Source of the DNA: an uncultured Candidatus Saccharibacteria bacterium
GTDB taxonomy: Bacteria; Patescibacteriota; Minisyncoccia; Phycocordibacterales; UBA918
DNA length: 64,000 bases
Assembly: GCA_964350645.1 (NCBI GenBank)
Contig: CAYGJY010000002.1
Coordinates: 161,538 to 225,537, forward strand
Reading direction: 5' to 3'
Made by a program: the position numbers and the translations under genes. Below, one piece after another: positions 7,686-17,156 of this stretch. A model generated the notes under the pieces. That model was given only the letters and a program-made list of their open reading frames with translations. It searched no databases and had not been told where the DNA came from. Position 1 is the stretch's first letter. Every line of letters starts with the position of its first letter.

Positions 7686-8777
7686 TTACTCACTCATCTC
7701 AGCGTTAAGTATACGACCGAGGAACGGGGCAATGGTGGTGGTGAATAGTCTGGCCCGGAAAGCGAGTTCACCAGTAGATGTGTCTTCAATACTAAAGCCT
7801 GATTCAGCTTTCATCGAACGGTCAATATATGAGACAGTGAGACCCCGTAAACTGGTCTCGCCATCGCTATCTGATCCCTTGGTACTGATTAAGCCAATCA
7901 CTTCACCGGACGCATTCACAACTGGCCCACCTGAAGCACCGAAGGCGCCAACTGCCGATGGAGCAATCGCCAGTACATCAGCTAGTTGACTATCAAAGGT
8001 AAAGAGGTCAGTGATGGTAGTCTCAGCTCGGACTGGTGTTAGTCTGTTAATAGTTGTACTCGAGAAGGTGCCGACTGGATAACCAGCAACGGTGATGCCA
8101 GTATTGATGGAGCCAGTCGTGAGCGGTGCTAGGTTAAGGGAAAGGAACGGGATTCGCGCCGGTAAAGGATCGTTGCCGACTCCCTTAGTGACGTAGAGGA
8201 GGGCGTAGTCGCGTTCACCGGTACCACGAGGTTGTTTTTCTACAATCTGGGCAGCATATTTTTGAATCCAAGCCGGTGAAATGTACAAGAGTTGTGCTTC
8301 ATATTTTGCTATCGCTGGATTCCCAGTACGGATGACACACTTGGTTTCACCAGTAGGATCAATTTCTTTTAGAAGTAAGAATTGGGCGACGTGAGCGTTA
8401 GTCATGATGACACCATCATCATTGATAAAGAAGCCGCTGCCAGTAGTGGCTCTCGTGGCGGTTTCGGTTTGATAGGTACAAAAAATATTTACCAGAGCAT
8501 CAATGGGGTCACTTTGGTTTTTAGTTCCGCTCGTGCGAGTACCGATTACGGTGGCTTGTTGGTAGCCAGTATTTTGTAAAAGGATACTCGGTATAGAGCT
8601 ACTCTCGCTATAGTCAGATTCGAGACGAGTCAGCTGTGGGTTATCAGACATGGTTGTCACTACAACCTTCGATGAAGGAGTTGGCCCAATAACGTTTTGG
8701 ATCTGGTCAGCCAGGATATTAGTAAAAGCTAAATACGCACCTAAGATAAATCCGACTGTTTCAGCAATAAACTGCAT
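7686..8777 (-). CDS. Trypsin-like (S1) serine protease, membrane-anchored
   Basis: GSGF..TNAHVA, DYALL and GASGGPV motifs. Confidence 0.9.
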   Translation of the reverse strand: MQFIAETVGFILGAYLAFTNILADQIQNVIGPTPSSKVVVTTMSDNPQLTRLESDYSESSSIPSILLQNTGYQQATVIGTRTSGTKNQSDPIDALVNIFCTYQTETATRATTGSGFFINDDGVIMTNAHVAQFLLLKEIDPTGETKCVIRTGNPAIAKYEAQLLYISPAWIQKYAAQIVEKQPRGTGERDYALLYVTKGVGNDPLPARIPFLSLNLAPLTTGSINTGITVAGYPVGTFSSTTINRLTPVRAETTITDLFTFDSQLADVLAIAPSAVGAFGASGGPVVNASGEVIGLISTKGSDSDGETSLRGLTVSYIDRSMKAESGFSIEDTSTGELAFRARLFTTTIAPFLGRILNAEMSE

Positions 8778-8855
8778 AGAAGAAGTATACCAGTCAGCTC
8801 TTTTTCATCTGGAAATTCATTTGAATAAGTGCTATGCTATCACCCACAAACGAAC

Positions 8856-8926
8856 GCGGGATTAGTTAAATGGTATAACGACTGCCTTCCAAGCAGTAGT
8901 CAGGAGTTCGATTCCCCTATCCCGCA
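8856..8926 (+). tRNA. tRNA-Gly (TCC)
   Basis: GCGGGAT acceptor stem, anticodon arm CTGC-cTTCCaa-GCAG, GTTCGATTC T arm; CCA not encoded. Confidence 0.95.
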
Positions 8927-8959
8927 CAATGCAATTTGCCGCCTCCGGGCGGCTTTTGT

Positions 8960-9092
8960 ATTGTGCGGGATAGGGGTGCAGCTTTTTGGAGAAAAGCGTT
9001 GCACGAATCGAAAAGCTTTTGCGCTAGATTAAGAGCGAAGCGAAATAATATAGCCAAAAGGTGTACAGGTCCTGTAAGGACCGATTCCCCTA
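8960..9092. repeat. tRNA-3'-end-derived inverted and direct repeats
   Basis: Reverse complement of the tRNA 3' end split by a hairpin (8960-9012), and CGATTCCCCTA repeated at 9082-9092. Confidence 0.7.
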
Positions 9093-9833
9093 ATACTCCC
9101 CAAACCGATACTCCACCTTCTCATCATCTTCTAGCCTGCCGGTGAACAACGTCTTAATAATCACCACTGGACTCATAAAAATCCAGGAATACCCGTACTT
9201 CAAAAAACGGCGAGCTGAGGTCAGTACTTTTATATTAATTAGTTTGTACGGTCCAAGCTTAGCAGCTTTAAAGGCGTAATCGACATCTTCGCTAATACGA
9301 AGTGATTCATCGTAGCCGCCAATGGTTTCAAACACGTCTCTACGAGTGATTTGGAAGGCGCCACCAAAGTATGGCTTACCAATCAACAGCAGCAGTTGCA
9401 GGGCAACGTGAGCAACGTAATAGAGTAGGATCTTTTCTACCAAACCACCGTCATACGGAGTAAGTTTACCAGTGGCGATAGTGTAATTGTGCTTCGTGAA
9501 CTCAGAAATAAAGTATTCAAAGTCTTTCTCGCTTGGAGCAATCACGTCAGCGTCACAAAAGAGTAGTATGTCGTGCGTAGCAGCTTTGGCACCAGTGTTA
9601 CGCTGCAGGGCAATACCTCGTTCTGTAAGCGGAATGATCTTCAGGGAATGATTTTCTTTCAGGTAGGCATGTGCTGCTTCAGCAACAACACGAGTGCGGT
9701 CAGTTGAGTTTCCGTCGACAACGATAATTTCTAGGTCAGCTGTGTGGGTACTTAGTGAATGTAATAGGAGAGGTAAGTAGTGTTCTTCATTAAGGGTAGG
9801 AATAATAATGCTGATCCGGGGTGGCGTTGCCAT
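9090..9833 (-). CDS. Family 2 glycosyltransferase
   Basis: ISIIIPTLNEE, VDGNSTD, DAD and ED motifs. Confidence 0.95.
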   Translation of the reverse strand: MATPPRISIIIPTLNEEHYLPLLLHSLSTHTADLEIIVVDGNSTDRTRVVAEAAHAYLKENHSLKIIPLTERGIALQRNTGAKAATHDILLFCDADVIAPSEKDFEYFISEFTKHNYTIATGKLTPYDGGLVEKILLYYVAHVALQLLLLIGKPYFGGAFQITRRDVFETIGGYDESLRISEDVDYAFKAAKLGPYKLINIKVLTSARRFLKYGYSWIFMSPVVIIKTLFTGRLEDDEKVEYRFGEY

Positions 9834-9888
9834 ACTAGAATAGTGTACCTCATTGGCCCGCCATCTATTTATTGCTACACTCAGATCA

Positions 9889-10506
9889 ATGTTTGAGATC
9901 ACTCTGGGTAACGTATTTCTTTTTTCGCTTTTTGTGTTGGCGGTATTTTATAGTGCCCCCTGTCTATCTGCACGTCGGTTTGTCGTACCGCATGTTCCGA
10001 CACTGCTCACCTATGTCAGCCTCTTTTCACTTTTTGGGGTAATTGGGGAGGAGTTTGTGAATACTGCATATGAGTATTTTTTAGGGTCACCCTTGTGGGA
10101 GTACCGTCTTTATCCAGCTCATGATGGAAATATTACCTACTGGTTTTTGTTTATCTGGGGAGCTCTTGGATTTTATTCGTATTTTCGGGATACTGTTTTT
10201 TTAGCTGGGAAACACGTGAGTCATTTCTTGGCAGCAGTTATTTTAGGGGTAGAAGCGATTGCGATTGAATTGTTTTTTAATGTGACCTACTTTTGGGTAT
10301 TCAATGATTACATTTTTTATTATTTCCCAGCAAACTTAGGACCGCTGTCGCACTTTTCCTGCCTGCAAGTGATTCCTTTCTATATGATTGTTGGTTTTGT
10401 GATTAGTATATTAATTGCACAGCACCGCAAGCTGCACTTTAGTCGGGGGTCATATATCGTCCTCAGTTTTTACTGGTTTATTACGCTGACATTTGTCTAT
10501 TTGTAA
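9889..10506 (+). CDS. Integral membrane protein
   Basis: Multiple hydrophobic segments, LWEY motif; leaderless start 7 nt after TACACT. Confidence 0.75.
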   Translation: MFEITLGNVFLFSLFVLAVFYSAPCLSARRFVVPHVPTLLTYVSLFSLFGVIGEEFVNTAYEYFLGSPLWEYRLYPAHDGNITYWFLFIWGALGFYSYFRDTVFLAGKHVSHFLAAVILGVEAIAIELFFNVTYFWVFNDYIFYYFPANLGPLSHFSCLQVIPFYMIVGFVISILIAQHRKLHFSRGSYIVLSFYWFITLTFVYL

Positions 10507-10661
10507 GTTTATCGGCATAAAACAAAACAGCGCCGGCTGGGCGCTGTTTTGCTTTTTGTGATGGGAAATAGCGTAGATTTACTCTCTGTATTTCCACATA
10601 GCGTAATACCTCCGCTACCCTCACAGTATATCATGAGCTTTTTGAAAGTAGCTGTGGATTA

Positions 10662-10702
10662 TATACAAAAAGGCCGGCGCTTTGCGCCGGCCTTTTTGTA
10701 TA
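10662..10702. terminator. Intrinsic terminator after HU
   Basis: TATACAAAAAGGCCGGCGC-ttt-GCGCCGGCCTTTTTGTATA. Confidence 0.85.
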
Positions 10703-10714
10703 CCGAGTGGAGAT

Positions 10715-10987
10715 TTATTTAACGGCGTCCTTGAGTGCCTTAGCAGCTCGGAACTTTGGCACGCGCATTGCTGGTACTTCAATTGGCTCACCAGTGCGAG
10801 GGTTTCGCGCAGTTCGAGCGTTTCGCATTTTAGCTGAGAAAATACCGAGGCCTGCGATTGAGACTTCGTTACCGTCTTTGAGTGTATTTACGATACAACC
10901 CATCATAATTTCAACTGCTCGCTCTGCGTCAGCCTTAGTGATTCCAAGGTCTTCGTGCACTTTGTTGATGATATCTGCCTTATTCAT
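10715..10987 (-). CDS. hup: HU DNA-binding protein
   Basis: MNKADII...ARNPRTGEPI...PKFRAAKALKDAV. Confidence 0.95.
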   Translation of the reverse strand: MNKADIINKVHEDLGITKADAERAVEIMMGCIVNTLKDGNEVSIAGLGIFSAKMRNARTARNPRTGEPIEVPAMRVPKFRAAKALKDAVK

Positions 10988-11169
10988 ATGATCTGAATAG
11001 TTATTGTTTAATGGCGTGTAATGTGTGCCGCTAGGACACAGCCCGTAATAAATGGCTAAGAACATTATATATCAAGGTTTTGGTGTCGCAACGTCTTGTA
11101 AAGTGTTTTTTGTGTGTTGTGGTTTTAAGCCGTTTTTTAAAGACCTGGCACTGTGTTACTATTGCGCAC

Positions 11170-11736
11170 ATGAAAATTGGCGTCATGGGGGCACACGGTA
11201 GTTTTTCGGAACAGGCCGGTGAGTTATATAAAGTAAACAAAGGTTTAATTGATGCTGACGTTTTACCACTAATTTCTGCTGAGACAGTACTTACTGAACT
11301 AGAAGCAGGGAATATTGAGTACGGTATTTTTCCGATTGAGAACAGTACTGGCGGGATCGTGATTGAGGCGGTCTACGCGATGGCTGGTCATCGGTTTTTA
11401 CTTCAAGAAATGTTTGGTCTTGATATTCATCATATGCTGCTGGTAAAACGTGGCATGACTACTGCACATATCACTAGAATCACTTCGCACGATCAAGCGC
11501 TGAAGCAGTGTAAAGGGTACTTGAGTCGAGTGTGGCCTGAGGCTGAGGTGGTTGAATTTAAAGATACAGCCGCTGCAGCCGCTGCTCTTCAGGCTGGTGA
11601 GCTGCCAGACACAACCGCAGTGATTGCGCCACGTCAGTGTGCAAAGTTGTATGATCTTGATATCCTTGAAGAATCGATTCAAGATTCAAAAAATAATGTC
11701 ACCACGTTTGTAGTGGCAACTAAGATGGCTGACTAG
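11170..11736 (+). CDS. Prephenate dehydratase-like domain protein without ACT domain
   Basis: GSFSE, PIENSTGG, SHDQALKQC and DTAAAA motifs. Confidence 0.85.
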   Translation: MKIGVMGAHGSFSEQAGELYKVNKGLIDADVLPLISAETVLTELEAGNIEYGIFPIENSTGGIVIEAVYAMAGHRFLLQEMFGLDIHHMLLVKRGMTTAHITRITSHDQALKQCKGYLSRVWPEAEVVEFKDTAAAAAALQAGELPDTTAVIAPRQCAKLYDLDILEESIQDSKNNVTTFVVATKMAD

Positions 11737-11774
11737 AAAAGGCGAAACCGCGGGGAGAACGTGATGTGTCTGCA

Positions 11775-11951
11775 TCAGCGGTCCTCCTCGCGGCGCTTCT
11801 TGGCCATGTGGACCCGGCCGAAGGGGTCTATCATGGCTTCGGTCCAGAAACCGAACCAGATTCTGACTCCAGCTTCAAGAGCGATTGCATGAGCGTTTTT
11901 CAGGCGCTCCTGCATTGCCATATCGGCGGTCGTTAGATTAAACGGATCCAT
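11775..11951 (-). CDS. Small hypothetical protein (58 aa)
   Basis: Perfect AAGGAGGT SD before MDPFNL; TTGACA promoter upstream. Confidence 0.6.
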   Translation of the reverse strand: MDPFNLTTADMAMQERLKNAHAIALEAGVRIWFGFWTEAMIDPFGRVHMAKKRREEDR

Positions 11952-12117
11952 CGCATCACCTCCTTTCGGTTGTTGCAACGTAGTTTCACAATACGTTGAC
12001 TGTAAAAAAAGAAAAGGGGAGAGTTTGAATAATGATTATTTTGGTGGGGTGTCAAATTGAAAAGCGGCTGATTTCCCGAAGGGAAATCAGCCGCTTTTCT
12101 ATTTTTTGCAAGATAAT

Positions 12118-13647
12118 TTATCGAGCGTAGCTAACTACTCGCGTTTCACGAATGACATGAACTTTAATTTCACCTGGATAGCGCAACTGGGCTTCGATAC
12201 TCGTAGCAACTGTACGAGCAAGATCATGTGTTTGGAGTTCGTTGAGTGAATTTGGATTCACCAAGATTCGCACTTCGCGACCAGCAGCAATGGCAAAGAC
12301 TTTATCAACGCCAGGCAAGGCTGAGGCAATCGCTTCGAGTTCAGTGAGACGCTTGATGTAGTTTTCGATTGAATCACGTCGAGCGCCCGGTCGTGCACCA
12401 GATAGGGAGTCTGCGACTTGTACAATAATCGACTCTGGTGTTTCGTATGGGTATTCTTCATGATGGGCCCGCATCGCTAGGATAACTTTTTCGTCGACAT
12501 TGTATTTCTGTAAAATCCGAATACCAATCTCAACGTGTGTTCCCTGGACTTCGTGGCTGACCGTCTTCCCGATGTCATGTAAGAGTGCGCCAGCACGTGC
12601 TATCGCAACGTCGGCACCAACTTCCTCAGCGATGATCGCCGCGATGTGGGACATCTCAACTGAGTGCCAGAGCACATTCTGTCCATAGCTGGTGCGGAAG
12701 TGCAGGCGACCGAGGATGGTGATAAGATCGGGATGGAGGTTCGGGACGTTAGCTTCATAAGCCGCTTTCTCGCCCATTTTGCGGACGGTACCAGCAACTT
12801 CTTTGCGAGCTTCTTCCACCATCTCTTCGATTTTGGCTGGCTGGATGCGACCGTCTTTGAGTAGCATCTCCAGTGCAACCCGAGCGATCTCACGACGAAT
12901 CGGATCAAACGATGACAAAACAATATAGCCAGGAGTGTCATCGATCAGGACGTCAACTCCAGTGAGACGCTCAAAGGTCCGGACGTTACGGCCTTCTTTC
13001 CCGATGACTTTACCCTTGAGGTCTTCGCTCGGTAGTTCCACGCTGGCGGTCATAACGTTGGTTGGCATGGTGTTGCCGATGCGGTGGATGGCAGCGAGGA
13101 GAATGTTACGCGCTTTGTCTTCGAATTGTTCTTCGCCGAGCATCTCAAGTTTATGGAGGCGAAGCGTCAAATCTTCACCTCGATTTTCAGCGGCATTAGC
13201 GATAATACGTTCAAAAGCTTCGTCATGGGTAAGACCAGCAACTTCTTCGAGTTTCGCATCAAGTTCAGCTTTATGGTTGTCTAAGCGAGCTTTGATATCT
13301 TTCACTTCTTCGATCTTTGCTCGAACGGCTTCTTTTTCTGAATCAAGATTGATTTGGCGGTCATCCAAGAGCTCCTCTTTTTTATCAAGACGAGCTTCTT
13401 TGCTGTTTAATTTTTCTTCACGGTCTTTCGCAACAGTCTTGGCTTCGGTTTCGATGTGGTCAGCTTTTGCTTCGGCCTTTTCGACTATTTTTAACGCTTT
13501 TTCTTCGGCCTCAAGCACTTTTTCCTTGATATCAAGTTCAAGTGATGATTTCTGTGAGAGCGCGCGTAGGTAGCGTAAGTAGTATCCAGCAGCAATTCCA
13601 AATATGATTGCAGCTCCGATAACACCGAGTAGCATGAATGGCGGCAT
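12118..13647 (-). CDS. rny: Ribonuclease Y
   Basis: TM anchor, coiled coil, KH (KGKVIGKEGRN) and HD (LLHDIGK) domains. Confidence 0.97.
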   Translation of the reverse strand: MPPFMLLGVIGAAIIFGIAAGYYLRYLRALSQKSSLELDIKEKVLEAEEKALKIVEKAEAKADHIETEAKTVAKDREEKLNSKEARLDKKEELLDDRQINLDSEKEAVRAKIEEVKDIKARLDNHKAELDAKLEEVAGLTHDEAFERIIANAAENRGEDLTLRLHKLEMLGEEQFEDKARNILLAAIHRIGNTMPTNVMTASVELPSEDLKGKVIGKEGRNVRTFERLTGVDVLIDDTPGYIVLSSFDPIRREIARVALEMLLKDGRIQPAKIEEMVEEARKEVAGTVRKMGEKAAYEANVPNLHPDLITILGRLHFRTSYGQNVLWHSVEMSHIAAIIAEEVGADVAIARAGALLHDIGKTVSHEVQGTHVEIGIRILQKYNVDEKVILAMRAHHEEYPYETPESIIVQVADSLSGARPGARRDSIENYIKRLTELEAIASALPGVDKVFAIAAGREVRILVNPNSLNELQTHDLARTVATSIEAQLRYPGEIKVHVIRETRVVSYAR

Positions 13648-13785
13648 AGTGTTCTGTATTACATTATTAAATCAATCATCCGGGTCAGACAGTCAGGTAG
13701 GCCTACGATAGCAAATGCCGGTCGGGTTGTCGATAAAGGGCCGGAAAAGCGAAGCTTTTCCGGCCCTTTATCATCTGTATAGAAT

Positions 13786-14451
13786 TTACTTGTAAATTCT
13801 ATCAACGATCCCGTATTTCTTTGATTCTTCGGCGTCCATGAAGAAGTCGCGGTCAGTGTCGGTTGCAATCTGTTTAAGTGACTTACCAGTTGCCTTAGCA
13901 AGCATGCCATTGAGTCGGTCACGAGTCTTTAAAATATGTCGCGCGGTGATCTCGATATCACTCGCTTGTCCTTGGGCCCCGCCCCACGGCTGGTGAATCA
14001 TAACTTCAGCGTTTGGGAGAATCGCTCGTTTACCTTTCGCTCCTTGCGAGAGGATAATTGATCCCATAGAAGCCGCCATACCAACACACACGGTCGAAAT
14101 GTCTGGTTTGATATGGTTCATGGTGTCGACGATTGAAAGGCCGGCAGTTACACTTCCTCCTGGTGAGTTCACGTATAGGAAAATATCTTTCTTTGGGTCT
14201 TCTGCCTCAAGAAATAGTAGCTGCGCTACCACTAGGTTAGCCATGTGGTCTTCAATGCCCCCAGTTACAAAGACAATGCGTTCTTTCAGTAAGCGGGAAT
14301 AGATATCAAAGGCGCGCTCGCCTTGTTGGGTTTTTTCGATCACCATCGGGACAAGGAAGTCTTGGATGGCGCTGTTGGTATTATCTTTTCTTTCCATAAA
14401 TTTATTATCCTGTTTGTTTACAGAGTGTTTCATTAATTTAGTATCAGTCAT
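13786..14451 (-). CDS. clpP: ATP-dependent Clp protease proteolytic subunit (start may be 14397)
   Basis: [21 protein letters not shown] and MIHQP motifs. Confidence 0.97.
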   Translation of the reverse strand: MTDTKLMKHSVNKQDNKFMERKDNTNSAIQDFLVPMVIEKTQQGERAFDIYSRLLKERIVFVTGGIEDHMANLVVAQLLFLEAEDPKKDIFLYVNSPGGSVTAGLSIVDTMNHIKPDISTVCVGMAASMGSIILSQGAKGKRAILPNAEVMIHQPWGGAQGQASDIEITARHILKTRDRLNGMLAKATGKSLKQIATDTDRDFFMDAEESKKYGIVDRIYK

Positions 14452-14545
14452 TGTGCAGTATGCTTGCTATCGTAGCAAACTTTCACGTGGAAGGAAAACC
14501 GGCCGGAAAAGCGTAGCTTTTCCGGCCGGTTTTCTACAGTGCGGT

Positions 14546-15712
14546 TTATTGTTCCTCAAGGAGTTTCATGACTGCCTCATTAGTCATGACTGACTCGACG
14601 TAGACACGTACGCGAGTCTGATCAGCGTCTTTGTACTGTTCCATGAGTTGATCAACTTGCATATCAACCTGGCCTTTGTCAGCTTCAGTGCCTTCGGCTT
14701 TAGCAATTTCGTTTAACACTAGTTGGAGTTTGGCACGCTTTTCAGCCGCGGGTGTCCATTCAGTCGTTAGTTCTTCTTTGGTTTTCTTAATGTGACCGAG
14801 GTAGTCATCCATCTTGAGATTAGCTCGTTTGAGGTCTTCACTCATTTGAGCAAACATTTGATTGATTTCCGAATCAATCAAGAGCTGTGGCAGCTCCATC
14901 TTGGTTTCATCGATAATGGTGTCAGTGAGTTTTGCTCGATGCGCAGCGACAATTTCTTGTTTCTTTTGGATTTCGAGGTGCTCACGTAGTTTGGTTTTGA
15001 AGTCAGCGACAGTTTCAAATTGACCAGGTTCTCCAAGAGTTTTGACGTATTCATCAGTTAACTCTGGGAGTTCGTCGTCACTCACTGCTTTGACATCAGG
15101 GACTTCGTCGTGCGCCGGCCCGTCGTGGACGGTGCCGTCAGCGTGGGTGTGCGTTTCAGCTGCATCTGGAGTTGGTAATGTAGTCGCGCCGTCAAGATCC
15201 TTCGGAGCAGCTGCTTTTTTTTGCAGTCGTTCATAAGCGACTTTCTGACGAATGATATCTTTCGCTTGTTCCTCAACTTCCTCATCAGTTACGTCATCGG
15301 ACGCCTTGTCCTGGTTTACTTTAGCGGCGAGTTCTTTATAGTCAGGAAGGGTGATTTCTGGTAATACAGGAGCAGTCGCAGTAAAGCCAAGCGGGTTGTT
15401 TGGAGCAATTTTTGTAATTTGAATTTCTGGATGGCCGATTACTTCTAAGTTGTGAGCTTTGACTACTTCTGGGTACACACGAGCGAGGGCGCGTTCAGCC
15501 ATTTCGGTAAGAATAGTAATTTCACCAATTTTTTCGATCAACACTTTTTCGGGGACATGACCTTTACGGAAGCCATCGATCTCTATATTGGCACCAAGAC
15601 GTTTAATTGCTTTAGTGCGCTCTTTTTCTAGTTCAGCAAACGGGATTTCTCCAGTAATTTTTATTTGTGAGCCAGCTTCTTTAGTAATGGTAAAGTCAGT
15701 TTTAAAGTCCAT
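14546..15712 (-). CDS. tig: Trigger factor lacking the PPIase domain
   Basis: GFRKGHVP ribosome-binding motif; adjacent to clpP. Confidence 0.93.
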   Translation of the reverse strand: MDFKTDFTITKEAGSQIKITGEIPFAELEKERTKAIKRLGANIEIDGFRKGHVPEKVLIEKIGEITILTEMAERALARVYPEVVKAHNLEVIGHPEIQITKIAPNNPLGFTATAPVLPEITLPDYKELAAKVNQDKASDDVTDEEVEEQAKDIIRQKVAYERLQKKAAAPKDLDGATTLPTPDAAETHTHADGTVHDGPAHDEVPDVKAVSDDELPELTDEYVKTLGEPGQFETVADFKTKLREHLEIQKKQEIVAAHRAKLTDTIIDETKMELPQLLIDSEINQMFAQMSEDLKRANLKMDDYLGHIKKTKEELTTEWTPAAEKRAKLQLVLNEIAKAEGTEADKGQVDMQVDQLMEQYKDADQTRVRVYVESVMTNEAVMKLLEEQ

Positions 15713-15819
15713 AGATATCAAGTTAGTTTTTAGATGTCGGGCTAGTGTACCGATTTGGGATAGAAATGCAAATGAAAAACGGCCGGGAGCGAAGCTCCCG
15801 GCCGTTTTTCGTACTATGG

Positions 15820-16254
15820 TTAAAACTCAGCTTCTAAGGCTGCCTCAAGCTCAGCATCAATTGCCTCAAGCTCAGCATCAAGTGTTTCCATATTAGTGCT
15901 CTCAAGATCAGCTTCTATCGCATCAATTTCGTCTGATGTGCTGACAGCCGTGGCTGTTTCCACATCTGCTTCAGCGTTGGTGGATTCTGGTTCATTGTTT
16001 TCGGCGGCTGTTGGTCGTTCAATCGCTGGAGTTGGTGCAGGCATATTTTGTAACGTTGTACCCCAGAGGTAGAGACCGCCTAAAATCAACACCAGCACTA
16101 CAATTAGTGCTACCAGGATAGCCCCAACTACCGATGACTTTTCTTCGACTGGTGCTGTACCGAACGTCTGTTCAGGCATTTTCATTTCATCAGCAGTAAT
16201 TTCTGGCGTCGGTGCTGTAGCTGGTGGTGTAGTGTTTGTTTCTTCGTTAGACAT
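15820..16254 (-). CDS. Single-TM acidic protein
   Basis: One hydrophobic helix and an acidic C-terminus. Confidence 0.75.
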   Translation of the reverse strand: MSNEETNTTPPATAPTPEITADEMKMPEQTFGTAPVEEKSSVVGAILVALIVVLVLILGGLYLWGTTLQNMPAPTPAIERPTAAENNEPESTNAEADVETATAVSTSDEIDAIEADLESTNMETLDAELEAIDAELEAALEAEF

Positions 16255-16281
16255 ATATAAGTAAGTGTAACATGGGTAAGT

Positions 16282-17040
16282 TTATTCGCTGGTCTCGTTT
16301 GTCCCAGTGGCAGTCTCTTGAGTAGTAGTGACAGCGCTGCTGACACCACGATCTAGATCGGTGTTTGCTACAGCTGTTTTAAGGCTGGCAACAGCAGCAC
16401 GTAGTGAGGTTTGGACAGTATTTAATTCAGTTCGAGCTGCTTGGAAAATAGCGCGAGCTGATTGCCAGGCCTCTCGTGGGTTTTCAGAACCAACTACAGT
16501 AGCGGTAGCGCTATCAAGAGTAGCTAAAATTCCGGCTGCTGCAGCTAAGCCAGCTTCAGCCTCCACTAAATGTGCATCAGCTTCTGCAGTGTCGACCCCG
16601 CGTTCAGCTAATTTTGCACTACGAGATTGGATGCGTTCAATAATCTGATCAAAGCGAACTAGGACAGCATCCATCCGGTTAGCCATATTGGCAGAAAGAT
16701 TAGTGATTCTCTCTTGGGCTCGGGCAGACAGTGCTGCTTGACGCTCAATTCGTTGCTCTTGACGTTGTTCTTGCTGGGCTGCTCGCGCGTCGCTAGTTGA
16801 AGCTCGGACTTCAGCTCGATTTTCACGCAATTCGGCTCGTTCAGCTTGGGCAGCTTCCATCTGCTCTGTTCGTTCAGTTCGAGCGGCAGCTTGCGCTTCG
16901 CGCTGTTCTTCCATTACGGCTCGCTGGTCAGGAGTTTCGGCTGGATCAGTTTCCTGGGCGTTGGCAACAAACGCAAGACATGAAATAGCTAACAAAATTA
17001 ATAAACTAATACATGAATACGATACTTTTAAGCTCTTCAT
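16282..17040 (-). CDS. Secreted coiled-coil protein
   Basis: Signal peptide (ANA|QE) and Ala/Arg/Glu-rich helices. Confidence 0.8.
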   Translation of the reverse strand: MKSLKVSYSCISLLILLAISCLAFVANAQETDPAETPDQRAVMEEQREAQAAARTERTEQMEAAQAERAELRENRAEVRASTSDARAAQQEQRQEQRIERQAALSARAQERITNLSANMANRMDAVLVRFDQIIERIQSRSAKLAERGVDTAEADAHLVEAEAGLAAAAGILATLDSATATVVGSENPREAWQSARAIFQAARTELNTVQTSLRAAVASLKTAVANTDLDRGVSSAVTTTQETATGTNETSE

Positions 17041-17156
17041 AAGACAATGATGTTAAATAAAAATTTCCCAACTAAGCTCGAGTGAGTCAGTTTCTATAAG
17101 TATAGCGGGGCGGCACCGTTGGTGCCGCCCCGCTTATACACATGTGACTCAAATGA

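Noticed and set aside
12935-13573. Long antisense ORFs (also 178-744, 53264-53821, 58290-58862, 63541-63996)
   Set aside because: They are shadows of well-supported genes on the opposite strand.
15835-15885. Tandem repeat (TGCCTCAAGCTCAGCATCAA twice) and the acidic repeats at 36500-36650 as CRISPR-like arrays
   Set aside because: These are in-frame coding repeats with no spacers or cas genes.
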